64,000 bases of DNA from a virus (taxonomy: Duplodnaviria; Caudoviricetes): positions 70,333-134,332 of the IMG/VR virus record IMGVR_UViG_3300027807_000003, one strand, 5' to 3'. The translations under genes were made by a program, and so were the position numbers. Positions 48,201 to 56,813 of the stretch are shown in pieces (position 1 is the first letter of the stretch; each line of letters begins with the position of its first letter). Below the pieces are notes generated by a model that saw only the letters and a program-made list of their open reading frames with translations, was not told where the DNA came from and did not search any database.

Positions 48201-50737
48201 TCAAGGAAAATATTGATACTTTAGAGAAATATGGGCAAGGAAATAGTAGGGCAGCCTTAACCCTGCGATCGCTTGAACATAGACTAGAATCTACTGAGGA
48301 TCGGCTAAATAAATGGACTCAAAATGTGGATCTATCACCAGATCCCGTAAACCGATTAAATCAAGCACTTACTAATCTTGATCTAACTTATAAACAACTG
48401 ACCGCATCTTTAGAGGCTGATGAGTCCGAAAGAATTGCTAAAGCATCTGCACGGGAGGCTCAAGGGCTAGAGTCATTAAGGCAGGTAGAAGCTGAGAAAT
48501 ATGCAGCTACTAAAGCAACACAAGAAAAACAACTAGCAGATATTACTAGAAACTTAAAACTAGTTGAGGATCAATATAACAAACTTAGCCCAGATGATAA
48601 AGGTAGAGCGGTTGACCAATACCAGAAAATTAATGAACTACGTAAACAAGCAGCAGAAACCCAGACCAAATTAGCTGATAGTCAAATTCAAGAGGAAGAA
48701 CGTCTGCGTCAGAATCATGTTGATGATTTAGAGCGGGCCCAGAAGAAAGCCACTGATGCAGCTAATATATCTGAGCAGGAACGGACTAACGCTCTTGAAG
48801 CCTTGTACAGCAAGGATTTAATTAACAAAGAACAACTAGATAAAGCCAAAGAAGTAGGAACGATCTCTCGCCTTAAAGTAGAAGAACAAGCTCAAATCAC
48901 TCAATATCAAGCACTTTCCAAAGTAAAACCCTACGACGACCCTGAGAAAGAAGCTAAACGCCAAGAAGAACTCCGGGGTATTCGCCTAACTGCCCTGAAA
49001 AGTACTGAGCAGAGGTTGCAGGAAGAAAGGAAGCTCCGAGATACCCAAGTCGCCCAAGTCCTCAAGTCAATTCAAGATGAGGCAGATCAGGAAAATACTA
49101 TTCTCCAGCGCAAATTAAACCGAGGAGAGATCTTAGAATCTCAAGCTAATACAGCTAAAGCGGCTCAGAATGTACGGAAGCTAGAAGCAGAATATAACCT
49201 AGAGAAAAACGACTCCGATAAAAAATATGAAATCTCAAGGGAGCTAGAAGAAGCGCGTACCGCTTTAATTGCCGCCCAAGTAGCTGAACGTAAAGAAAAA
49301 ATCGATACTCAAAACCAAGAATATCTTAACCAAATTGAGGAGCAAAACGAGTCGATTAAAAAGCAGCAGGCTTTGTACGATGTACTGACTAAAGCCTTAG
49401 AAATGAGAAACAAACTGCAAGAAGCTAGTAAAAACCTATCTGAGGCCACTTCTAACTACCTGACCACAGAGCTAGATGTTTTATCCCAAACTGAAAAAAG
49501 CGAATATCGCAAACGACAACTAGCTGAAATTACTGCGGCTATTAAGCTGGAGGCTTTAAAGCAGGAACAGAAATTTGAGCGAGAATCCTTAGAGATCCAA
49601 ATTAAACAGAATCAAATTGCTCTCGAACGTGAAGCAATTGAAAACCGTATTAGTCAAGGGCAAAAAGCAGCAGATATTGCTCAAACTCAGGGAGACATTG
49701 AGGTACTAGAAGCTGATCCGAAAAATCAAAATGCCGCAGGCAGGGCTAAACTCCGAGCTTTACAGCTAAAACAAATAGATTCAGCCTTTGGTTTAACAGA
49801 ACTTCAGCAAGAAGCAGTTTTAATCCAAACTCAACAACAAAACCAAAGTGCCCTTGACGATGCCCAAAGGCGATCGCTGGAACTAAAACAAAAAGGGCAG
49901 TACTTCCAAGCTTTAGGGGTACTAGCTAACTCTCTCCCCCCCGGCAGACAACAACGCGCTCAACGGGCATTACAACAAGAAATATCAGAGGATTTTGGAT
50001 CTACCGACTACCGCAGTTTCAGGGAATCAGGTGTCGCCTTGTCTCGTAAACTAGCATCTGAAGAACTGGGGACACCTAACTCTCCAGATATTTTGGGAGC
50101 AGTTAACCCAGAATTGGGTGGATTAGGTGATGTACTCACCCCTAGCCAATTCTCCTCCGCCGTTGCTGATACCCTGAAGCAATACTACAAGCAGTACAAC
50201 GGTAGTGCTGGCTTTAGTGGATTGACACCTAATCCCAACGCTCCGCCATTGCAACTACCAACTGAACTCCAAGGGAACCTTAAACTTCCAGTTCCTCAAG
50301 ATAAAATCACACCTAACATTGGTGTTTCACTGGCTCAACTGGTGCCAGAACTTCAAGACAAGATAAACGCTCTCGTACCACAAAATCCTAAAGAGCGATC
50401 GCCCAAACCTTATAGATCTGGTAATACATCCCCGACCCAATTACTACCAGAATATCAAAATAGATTAAACCTCCCTGGACCCCAAGATCGGAGCTTAGGA
50501 TTCTTAGATCAATCAGGGAAAGTTTTCTTGTCTGGGGTAGATAAATTTAATGCCGGTGTAGAGCGCTTTATCAAATCACTAGATCAACAATCAAATAACT
50601 CTAACGGGTATAGTTCAGGCACATTTAACATCAACGTTACTACCCCCCTTGGCAACTCATCCACGACATCCTCGACATCTACCCCCGTCACCCTTGAAGG
50701 GGTAGTAAAAAAGATGCAGCAATTAACAGGGAATTAG
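42236..50737 (+). CDS. Tail tape measure protein
   Basis: 2833 aa; IETVIRARD start, amphipathic helical repeats, TMP core (SQTLDGVTSNIRE) and a long C-terminal coiled coil. Confidence 0.9.
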   Translation: MPPPNSSSFGNSTPNSSVSTNQIETVIRARDDTQAGISSASASFKQLQAQAGDTAEAIDTAGSSMQVLSNQIAIAKAQATAFANTLSSTVISSAKLLGSALNTTALTVTSLFSTLSSGTVASVGGITLAFQTMNAVAQQPIVQNLFQQMYEDAIESTKEVQKLSDVVSAFSKLAVDSAQGGFIAGFLGIEPKKIQSTEDIARERVTNLVDNIKKVITKKIGENVSSDSDRNLLLKFLPQALINGSLGQFLSDKIKDQFNNYLVGQIKSRIQGALSAGFSNFSVGSFFNLAQLTLQIRNSTNLFRDFEDILIDRLTQSYTGILNKASELGNQFSGSFARILLVLAVRFNSQIRSVLDVIIRDIGGAILRIISFVELANQRLILAIVSSFNKIGLLGNIVSKVFIDLGNRFSGLGQTIVTKITSFYTSIIQSFNGIGQRINSVRQVIGNSITSLSTTLLSILTQSFGNIGRQLGNLAQTIITPIGLFYATIIQSLGGIGQRLNGIRQFISNSIASFYTNLFSVLTRAFGNIGRQLSNVSQIVAISIKSFYTTIIQAFSSIGQRLSGITQSVFRAFSSFYSTLTQVFGNFGSSLGAIAQSVFGSVTQIYSVVSQAFLGFGQKLIQASNPVTNSVRTVFNSIGSAFVTAGSKLSTSLNSVFQFFGDQIGGAISELLTPKIFKGKSVGEQILNNLLSPTVNSTGKILSTDLVKNIGQKLTSLFVDEKALNSGALNGFEKVQLNLIQKIITLFTDISLRVVTQSALVRGVIVSSLRGIFAQINLPDFGKELLEHLLADNAIAGWALTRSKEIGKSLSEFLEKPTRNSFGLLTKQLNNSLIDGLEVIGNKLPASIKTNVTEKIVAGLRETNRQVGASLVGSGVGALVAGLPGSNPGFGMLANRIATQRMLGKQFSEIPEVGAGAEVLLGQFTSGKLGINNGIGRSIVQSVISSIRQAFSGANLLDVSKNLLTNIASGTAFNIVAQFSKNPGLAIQASTKVREFVQRIFQPLQESDKQLPMVQQRLLAFFRGIVAVIQQAFKLIGKISGFRDFVLKLDKDLNGALSEIATTAIDTFYERITARLKANASRGVGNLFQPLTSGLIRNLTVAFDYVDKKVIQLFSTLRALPGKVEGVVNALTGPTLFLAGLDIPAQVFGEIQGGLGNFAAGVNNVAQQIFFFQSAFLSIQQLVANGPFDLLIKQNVELQKQLLETQASLVATNKIFQNGVQITDPTAAIVKLNAPVQAAISDLRKGALEISGLTSRELVGIFETVSRQSSAIGINLRQAARLSLDFAAAMGTSHIPLEQAQVEINDILQGTISGTNALAKNLTISGAQSRELITQGKLYEILEQKLKAFRAGNALQSQTLDGVTSNIREVIQLTTQSAGKPLLDLIVDQLNRLYQFLSANQSNLQEYLSGIVGSLISTGNSLVRIVDAVTDSMGSFLAAIPSYLFRELAAGADLFANSITQIVTFLKPFFELLTQLSQLIILSFLGPVSQAAITLITVNVAIKVLATSFRLLLTMMPILGHFLLYDIARTAALGNQFAFLLGATGKLNIALGLLAGQNLRQIPLLFNAVASSIPIFGNLIAGFVPQLSGLAIALIKWNKTAPVGAIVQELAGSFGVLTGSIATVASGRGMGVLGGELEKLSGKLIKASTGTNLLSQAEDKIREISKTAGAAFAAQAVSLGLVIGAVVIAGIAFNEFMQRNKDAAEPLRKVSDQLEESAKKIHDSWTQVKKDAGSGLSEISKAPPTDWIDTYILKTRELENGTFRIKNWGDAFLVIAIGIGKAIQDFIIAPIVLGSKTLVNVFGYIAQVIKDIVTFNWKKLADDTAEYQRRIAKDTQEFGQTVSQGFNDTSTKTEKYINDITKLLNSGKLQQSIKDQSDSIDQLIKNASKTGEIYNKQLQPVKDAFKSFQEGKSNVDDVIKSLQELPDAIPQDQQQNLIDFFRTNFHDGVEKSKDAIDQFNSKLDLTNVEASNVAVEAYRKQLEDTESQIKENIDTLEKYGQGNSRAALTLRSLEHRLESTEDRLNKWTQNVDLSPDPVNRLNQALTNLDLTYKQLTASLEADESERIAKASAREAQGLESLRQVEAEKYAATKATQEKQLADITRNLKLVEDQYNKLSPDDKGRAVDQYQKINELRKQAAETQTKLADSQIQEEERLRQNHVDDLERAQKKATDAANISEQERTNALEALYSKDLINKEQLDKAKEVGTISRLKVEEQAQITQYQALSKVKPYDDPEKEAKRQEELRGIRLTALKSTEQRLQEERKLRDTQVAQVLKSIQDEADQENTILQRKLNRGEILESQANTAKAAQNVRKLEAEYNLEKNDSDKKYEISRELEEARTALIAAQVAERKEKIDTQNQEYLNQIEEQNESIKKQQALYDVLTKALEMRNKLQEASKNLSEATSNYLTTELDVLSQTEKSEYRKRQLAEITAAIKLEALKQEQKFERESLEIQIKQNQIALEREAIENRISQGQKAADIAQTQGDIEVLEADPKNQNAAGRAKLRALQLKQIDSAFGLTELQQEAVLIQTQQQNQSALDDAQRRSLELKQKGQYFQALGVLANSLPPGRQQRAQRALQQEISEDFGSTDYRSFRESGVALSRKLASEELGTPNSPDILGAVNPELGGLGDVLTPSQFSSAVADTLKQYYKQYNGSAGFSGLTPNPNAPPLQLPTELQGNLKLPVPQDKITPNIGVSLAQLVPELQDKINALVPQNPKERSPKPYRSGNTSPTQLLPEYQNRLNLPGPQDRSLGFLDQSGKVFLSGVDKFNAGVERFIKSLDQQSNNSNGYSSGTFNINVTTPLGNSSTTSSTSTPVTLEGVVKKMQQLTGN

Positions 50738-50749
50738 CTAATTTGTCTG

Positions 50750-51280
50750 TCAATTAAATTCTCTTCCTCTTTCAAGGGAATTTATACATTCTTGTTTGTC
50801 TTCTTGCTTGCAGGCGATCGCCATAATCTTCTTTAATTCCTCTGCCCAAATTGCTTTTAACACCCTATTTTCATCTAGGTCGATACTTTTAACGCCTCGG
50901 CTCAAATTTATATCAATTGCTATGTAACGTTTTCGGATGAATGGTAGTTCTTGGTCACGGCAGTAATCGGGGTGATCATCTAAATTACATCGCCACCAAT
51001 CAAGTGCCATAATATGTCCTTGCATAATATCTTCTAGTTTGGAATCACCAGATTTATCTACTACAGCTTTAGTTTCCTGTAAAACTTGTGAATACTGCAT
51101 GATATTCATCCCTACATTGATTTTGGAATAAAGCTCGTTAATAGCTGCGATCGCGTCCTTCTCTTCTTGGGTATCAGGGAGGGATGTATCCCCATGCCCA
51201 ATATTGGTGATTAAGTAGGCAAACAGACCAAGGGCGATCGCGGTAGTCGATATAAGGACGGTTTTGATTGGGAATGCCAT
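50750..51280 (-). CDS. Membrane-anchored/secreted moron protein
   Basis: Opposite strand inside the tail operon; N-terminal hydrophobic helix. Confidence 0.65.
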   Translation of the reverse strand: MAFPIKTVLISTTAIALGLFAYLITNIGHGDTSLPDTQEEKDAIAAINELYSKINVGMNIMQYSQVLQETKAVVDKSGDSKLEDIMQGHIMALDWWRCNLDDHPDYCRDQELPFIRKRYIAIDINLSRGVKSIDLDENRVLKAIWAEELKKIMAIACKQEDKQECINSLERGREFN

Positions 51281-51402
51281 AGCACTGAAAGTAAATTAGC
51301 TAAATTGTATCAAATCCCCGGTGTTTACTTAAATCTAGAGTTACGTAAATCATTAATTCACTCCATATTTGCAATCTAGACTGAAGCAAAATCTAGATTT
51401 AT

Positions 51403-51813
51403 TTGCGTATGACTATCCCCATGACGGGTAACGGCCAATATTTCCAACTCGTCACTTCATGGAATACTTTCGGGATTAAGCCTGACGGTGTGGCATTTAG
51501 TGATGGGGAAAATGTGCCTTTTAAGATCAACACTAGTGGAGTGCTAGTAACGATCGCTGTAATCAAAAAAGAAGTAAACCTGACCATCGAGGGTGTTTCC
51601 GACGCTGATGTGGCTCAGTTTTACAACCTCAAAATCAATACTGCTCAAGGATTGGCGGCGGGTTCTTTTGTGCCTCCGGATCTAGTTTTCCCTGGGTACA
51701 CTATCCCCCAAGCAGCCCTGACTGATATTGAACCCTCTGGGCCTTTCACTGCGTATAACTTACAGCGTTGGGACAAGATGGTAGCCAAGTACATGAGCTT
51801 ACAATTTATCTAA
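51403..51813 (+). CDS. Putative distal-tail / tail-tube-fold protein
   Basis: About 130 aa, first + strand gene after the tape measure; assignment is positional. Confidence 0.45.
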   Translation: MRMTIPMTGNGQYFQLVTSWNTFGIKPDGVAFSDGENVPFKINTSGVLVTIAVIKKEVNLTIEGVSDADVAQFYNLKINTAQGLAAGSFVPPDLVFPGYTIPQAALTDIEPSGPFTAYNLQRWDKMVAKYMSLQFI

Positions 51814-52626
51814 GTGTTTTTACTTGTTAACTCCAATCTCCCTGCTAGTCCCATTCCCCTTGAGTCCCCCGGACCGCTGTGTACCGTATTTATGCCTAAT
51901 GCGGGGATGGGACCACTTTTAAAGGTGGACACCCAGTCCTCTATTTCATCTGGTTGGACAACACAGCAACTCCCTATTGAGGTACCTGCCTACACGGGGA
52001 ATTATTACCAAATATCTCTCCCCGTCACCCCCGACACGGTAACTATTGCTGGCTATAACGAGTCCGATAGTGCAGTTGATGCAGTTCCCAATAATTACTG
52101 GTTAGATGATGATCTGCTCAATCTGTACGCTGGAACTACTTTTAGTGAGTTTCAACTGTCCTATACTGCCAGTGCTCCCTACCCCATTAGCAATAACTAT
52201 ACTTTTACCCTCCCCGCTGGGCTGACGGTGACAGGTGTGGTGAGTGAGGGTCTAACTTTTACCCCCGGTAGTTCTGTTGGCAATTTTTCCCAGTCGGGGA
52301 CAACCCTTACTGTCTTTGGATCTAGTTTGTATAACTTACCCTATGGACAAGATGTAAGTGTCACTGGCAGTTTATCTATTACTTTACCTACTGCTAATTG
52401 TGCGATCGCTTCTTTCTATTTCCCTACGGCTCAATTCGTAGATGCGATGGACTGGGCGGGGGTAGCTTTTAATCCTATGCAAGATGACCAAAATCCTCAA
52501 TTATCGGAGTTTAGCTGGAATCAACCTACTCAGACAGTCAATGTGTTTTTGCCCATAAGTTCAATGCCAAATTATCCTGCTTCTACTACTCAAAACACCT
52601 ATTTTACTGGATTTGACTTCTATTAA
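51814..52626 (+). CDS. Putative tail tip protein
   Basis: S/T/G/P-rich, beta-type composition; lies in the tail operon. Confidence 0.55.
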   Translation: MFLLVNSNLPASPIPLESPGPLCTVFMPNAGMGPLLKVDTQSSISSGWTTQQLPIEVPAYTGNYYQISLPVTPDTVTIAGYNESDSAVDAVPNNYWLDDDLLNLYAGTTFSEFQLSYTASAPYPISNNYTFTLPAGLTVTGVVSEGLTFTPGSSVGNFSQSGTTLTVFGSSLYNLPYGQDVSVTGSLSITLPTANCAIASFYFPTAQFVDAMDWAGVAFNPMQDDQNPQLSEFSWNQPTQTVNVFLPISSMPNYPASTTQNTYFTGFDFY

Positions 52627-52628
52627 TC

Positions 52629-54968
52629 ATGCCGGCAACTATTCGGACTGCTTTCTCGGAAAGTAATTTAATCGCCAACCCCTTGAATTTGCCCATTCCA
52701 ATGACGAATGGCAGTGTCAGTGTCACTGACACTTTTCAAGGTTTCCCCACGGGAACTTTGACTTATGAGGGTGTGCCCACTTGGGAGATTAGTGCTTTTG
52801 AGTCTGCCTATGACCACAAAAGTCCGACAATGCGCTTAATTAGGTTAACGGTTAATGGCATCCTATTTATAGTTGATTATTATGAAGTTTCTGCACAGAG
52901 GATATTAGTTAGTGATTTAGGGTGGCTCACTGTTTACACCGTTACTATCACCTTAAAATCCTATGTGGAATATATGCTGTCTGTGTATGGACAGGTGCAG
53001 GTATTTAATGGGCTTATCACCTACGGCACGACCTCAATCGGGCTTAATCAATTGGTGGGGGCGACTAAATTAACTTACTCTGGACCAAATGCTAGTGTCA
53101 CTATTCCTACTAATGCTGCCAACAATTACACCGTAGATGTTCAGGGGTCCATAGAATCATATGCTAAAATACTCGGTTGCTATGTTACTTACCTCAAGGG
53201 TGTATTTCTCACTCCCCTGGATTCCTCCCCATCTTGGAATTTAGGTAGAGAAGAGATTACTACCGACGTAACTACCTTCCGCGAGTATCATGCCTACAAC
53301 AATATTCAGTTGCAATGGACTCAAACTCCCTCCACTTCCTCCACCGTCACTGGACCCAATCAGCCTCCCTACACTATGCAGGAGCCGGTGATCCAAACAA
53401 CAGTAGAGACTGATGCAAATTTAACCTCACCACCTGATGGGAGTGATGTCTTAAAATCAATGGATTCTTGCACAGATAACTCTGGTGGACCGAAGAAAGT
53501 TAGCAAAACCACCACCACGGTTAATGGTGCAACTCAAAAAGAAGTCACTGAAATCTATGATTTTGTTTACTTAGCCTCTGATATCTATGCAGGGGATGGA
53601 CTGCTATTTAGTGATGACCCAGCCGCATACTGGAAGCAGGTTGAGCATCAAGAAACCCAATATATTTACGAAACTATCCCCGATTTAGCTTTAAATATTA
53701 CCGCTCAAGATCCGAGTAATCCAAACAATTATATTAGCTTAATTATTGACCCCAATTCTTCCCAGTTTGTTAATTACACATCATCTGGTGGTTCTGGGTC
53801 TGCTTATTTTTTATCTAATGTGCAATATCTAACTAAAATTATCACAAATGGGTGGCGATTATTTAGATTTGTCAAGGAAAGTAATGACAATTTAATTAGT
53901 ACTGATCCTGATGATCCTCAATATCCCTATTGCCAATTTCAAACCCTCAATTTTCAATCAGAAACTGCCTATAAATTAGAAACCTCTAATACTCTGTACG
54001 GTACCAGTTCATCATCAGTACCCTTTACTGTCCAGTGGATGCAGTATAGCCAATTGAGTACTGAATTGCAGGAAGAAGTTGATGTTTATTCTCAAGTTAC
54101 GCAAAACGGTTTAGTCGGCATACTCTACCCAGACCCCAACTACGTTACCCCCATGTCAGTTTTGGTAGAAACCAAAATGGAATCGTCATTCGCGTGGACT
54201 CCTCAACCCGACACTAGTGCTGATAATATTCAACCCCCATACATGACCGGGCGAGAAGCATTTTACTCCACGGTTCGCACTTTTATTGATACCAATACCT
54301 ACTCAGAAAAAATTACTGAATTTTCCACCGACAACTCAGGATTTAGTGATGTTGGTGAAAAAATATCTTTCCGCACAGTATCAGGGAAAATGCCAGAAGC
54401 CCAAACCATGAAACAGGATTGGCAGAAGGTAAATTATGCAAATAACGCTCAAACCTATGGGAATACCCCTGCCAATACCTTATATTACCTAACCTCAGAC
54501 GGATCTAAACTAGTTGCGTCTGGGGGCACCTTACAATACACCCAAGCCACCAGCCAAGCTCAAGCACAGGAAGCAGCTTTAACCGATTTAATTATTAATG
54601 GTATGCAAGATGATCAAAGACAATGTACCGTATTTTCTTTTTATCCCACCATGAAATCTGGCGATGTATTGACTACAGCAGTAGATCGCTACGACAATAT
54701 AGGGAAATGGCACTGTATGACCATAAACTGGACACTTAAATACAGTGGGACAAATAATCTGATCGCCTCCCCATTTTGTACCCTTGAGTCTTTTAATGTG
54801 ACCACTGGATTGGCAAGAAATCGCCAACTTTCCACCAGTACCGCCCAATCCAACGGCTCAACAACTGTGCAAAATTCCAGTACAGACCCCCAGTTGACAG
54901 TTACCGGGGGACAAGCATCTGTTATTGGCACAGTTCTAATTAATGCCCCCAACCGGAGACAGTTCTAA
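52629..54968 (+). CDS. Putative tail tip / baseplate hub protein
   Basis: 779 aa; C-terminal PTMKSGDVL...WHCMTINW resembles hub-protein ends. Confidence 0.55.
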   Translation: MPATIRTAFSESNLIANPLNLPIPMTNGSVSVTDTFQGFPTGTLTYEGVPTWEISAFESAYDHKSPTMRLIRLTVNGILFIVDYYEVSAQRILVSDLGWLTVYTVTITLKSYVEYMLSVYGQVQVFNGLITYGTTSIGLNQLVGATKLTYSGPNASVTIPTNAANNYTVDVQGSIESYAKILGCYVTYLKGVFLTPLDSSPSWNLGREEITTDVTTFREYHAYNNIQLQWTQTPSTSSTVTGPNQPPYTMQEPVIQTTVETDANLTSPPDGSDVLKSMDSCTDNSGGPKKVSKTTTTVNGATQKEVTEIYDFVYLASDIYAGDGLLFSDDPAAYWKQVEHQETQYIYETIPDLALNITAQDPSNPNNYISLIIDPNSSQFVNYTSSGGSGSAYFLSNVQYLTKIITNGWRLFRFVKESNDNLISTDPDDPQYPYCQFQTLNFQSETAYKLETSNTLYGTSSSSVPFTVQWMQYSQLSTELQEEVDVYSQVTQNGLVGILYPDPNYVTPMSVLVETKMESSFAWTPQPDTSADNIQPPYMTGREAFYSTVRTFIDTNTYSEKITEFSTDNSGFSDVGEKISFRTVSGKMPEAQTMKQDWQKVNYANNAQTYGNTPANTLYYLTSDGSKLVASGGTLQYTQATSQAQAQEAALTDLIINGMQDDQRQCTVFSFYPTMKSGDVLTTAVDRYDNIGKWHCMTINWTLKYSGTNNLIASPFCTLESFNVTTGLARNRQLSTSTAQSNGSTTVQNSSTDPQLTVTGGQASVIGTVLINAPNRRQF

Positions 54969-55138
54969 TGGCTAAAACCGAACTACAACTCGCTCAAGAT
55001 CTTCTGGCTCTAATTACTAGCCAGCGTCCGACTTATCAATTTGTAAATGGTGTCTTGACCGATTCCAGTAATCCCAATTTTGGATTACCTCAATACACCA
55101 ACACCGTCATCTCCAGCACAACTCTTTCACTCAGGTAA
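54968..55138 (+). CDS. 56-aa protein similar to the N-terminus of the next gene (not in ORF track)
   Basis: MAKTELQLAQDLLALITSQRPTYQFVNGV...; TAATG coupling to the upstream gene. Confidence 0.65.
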   Translation: MAKTELQLAQDLLALITSQRPTYQFVNGVLTDSSNPNFGLPQYTNTVISSTTLSLR

Positions 55139-55141
55139 CTA

Positions 55142-56809
55142 ATGGGTAAATCGCTAGACCAAATCTCCCAAGATTTATTGACGTTGATTCAACAACAAGC
55201 CGTCAGCAGCTATGTCTATGGTGTAGCTGCAAGTTCACCCATGTCTGACGGTACCGTAAATATCAACAATCCGCAAACTGGGGGAAGTGTTAATGCGATC
55301 GCCCACAATAACGTACATTACAACGATTACTGCTTTGCCTTTCTAGTTAATGGTGTATGGCACACTTGGTCAGCTACACCAAATGAAATAATTAGCGAGA
55401 AAACTTTAATTACTCGGAAGGTGCGATCGCAACCCGCAATCTCACAATTGACAGCTACTTTACTGTGGGAATTAAACCACGGCATAAGTTTTGGCTTTCC
55501 ATCGTTCAGATTTGCTACTGTTGCGCTTGATTCAGACTTCAGTGGTTATTTTGAATATATGCCACTGTTGCAGGATCAAACCGCCGGTAACAGTTCATAT
55601 AAAGAGAATTCAAGTAACAGTCTTGTCTATGGCTCGGATGGGAAATCATTCACTTGTTCAAGCAGTTTCTCTCTTGACGGTGCTGGAATTTTCGATGGTT
55701 TTGGACCTGAATATTCATCAAGCATGAATTCTAGTTATCAAAGAAGTTGGACAACGACTGAAAATTCATTCCAAATATCTGATACAGGTACAATATCATT
55801 TACCACAGTTCAAGAAACAGAGGACCCATCATTGGATGCTGGATATACTTTATATTGTGCTCCAGGTAGTATCAGTTTCTATACATCTCCCGGCGATACG
55901 ATATCGGTTAGCTTTTCTTTCGATCCAAGTGCATATTTTCCCATATCCTCTGAACAAATACATTTTGATTTACAAGCAGGTACACAACTTCAAACATTAA
56001 TCGCGCCAACAAATGTCTTATCCGCAAGTGCTACAGTTGACTCGCCGGGATATTCTGGAGTCTCGAATATTTCTTGCTTGTTTTCTTGTCTTCCACCTGG
56101 GCTAATATTTGGCGAAGGATATAGTACTATAACAGGCACACTTTCGATAAACTTAACAATCACAGTCACATTCAACAATCAAAACCAATTTCAGACACAA
56201 TATTTCATCCAACAAGGAAGCAAACTAAATCAAGCTTTGAATTTTGATTCATTCAACTTTTTTCAATATGTATACGAATCAGGACTTTTGACTTCAATCA
56301 AATCATGTGCAAGTTATTCCCTCACTGGTTTTGTCGTCTCGAATGATGATTGTTTCTTGGGTGTTCAAAGAACAAATCCAACAGATTATTCTGTTACAAA
56401 TCAAGTTTTTGCTTGCACAGGAAACTCGTTGACAACATACACTCAACCTCAAACAATTCCCCCTACTGGAACTATTTGGGATAGCTGGATTAGTTCCTAT
56501 TTCCAAAACACAAATGCTTTAAACTACTGTGCAAACGAATACAAAGAATCAGATTACAATTTTACTGCAAACAATAAAGTCTACTGGATTGATCGCAACC
56601 AGAATATCACTATCGGTGGTGTAACCCAAACTCTACTTAAGTGGCTCCAAGGCAATACTACCTCGCCTATAAACGCGATCGCTAACATTCAATCTTATAC
56701 ATCTACGTCTAATAGTTGTACTTTAACGGGAACTAGTACTCGAAAAGTTCAAATTACCCCTGCCAATTTAGCTAATGCGACTCTTTTAGGAATATGCATA
56801 TCACCCTAA
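55142..56809 (+). CDS. Putative tail spike / receptor-binding protein
   Basis: 555 aa, S/T/F-rich; lies in the tail operon. Confidence 0.55.
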   Translation: MGKSLDQISQDLLTLIQQQAVSSYVYGVAASSPMSDGTVNINNPQTGGSVNAIAHNNVHYNDYCFAFLVNGVWHTWSATPNEIISEKTLITRKVRSQPAISQLTATLLWELNHGISFGFPSFRFATVALDSDFSGYFEYMPLLQDQTAGNSSYKENSSNSLVYGSDGKSFTCSSSFSLDGAGIFDGFGPEYSSSMNSSYQRSWTTTENSFQISDTGTISFTTVQETEDPSLDAGYTLYCAPGSISFYTSPGDTISVSFSFDPSAYFPISSEQIHFDLQAGTQLQTLIAPTNVLSASATVDSPGYSGVSNISCLFSCLPPGLIFGEGYSTITGTLSINLTITVTFNNQNQFQTQYFIQQGSKLNQALNFDSFNFFQYVYESGLLTSIKSCASYSLTGFVVSNDDCFLGVQRTNPTDYSVTNQVFACTGNSLTTYTQPQTIPPTGTIWDSWISSYFQNTNALNYCANEYKESDYNFTANNKVYWIDRNQNITIGGVTQTLLKWLQGNTTSPINAIANIQSYTSTSNSCTLTGTSTRKVQITPANLANATLLGICISP

Positions 56810-56813
56810 ATTA

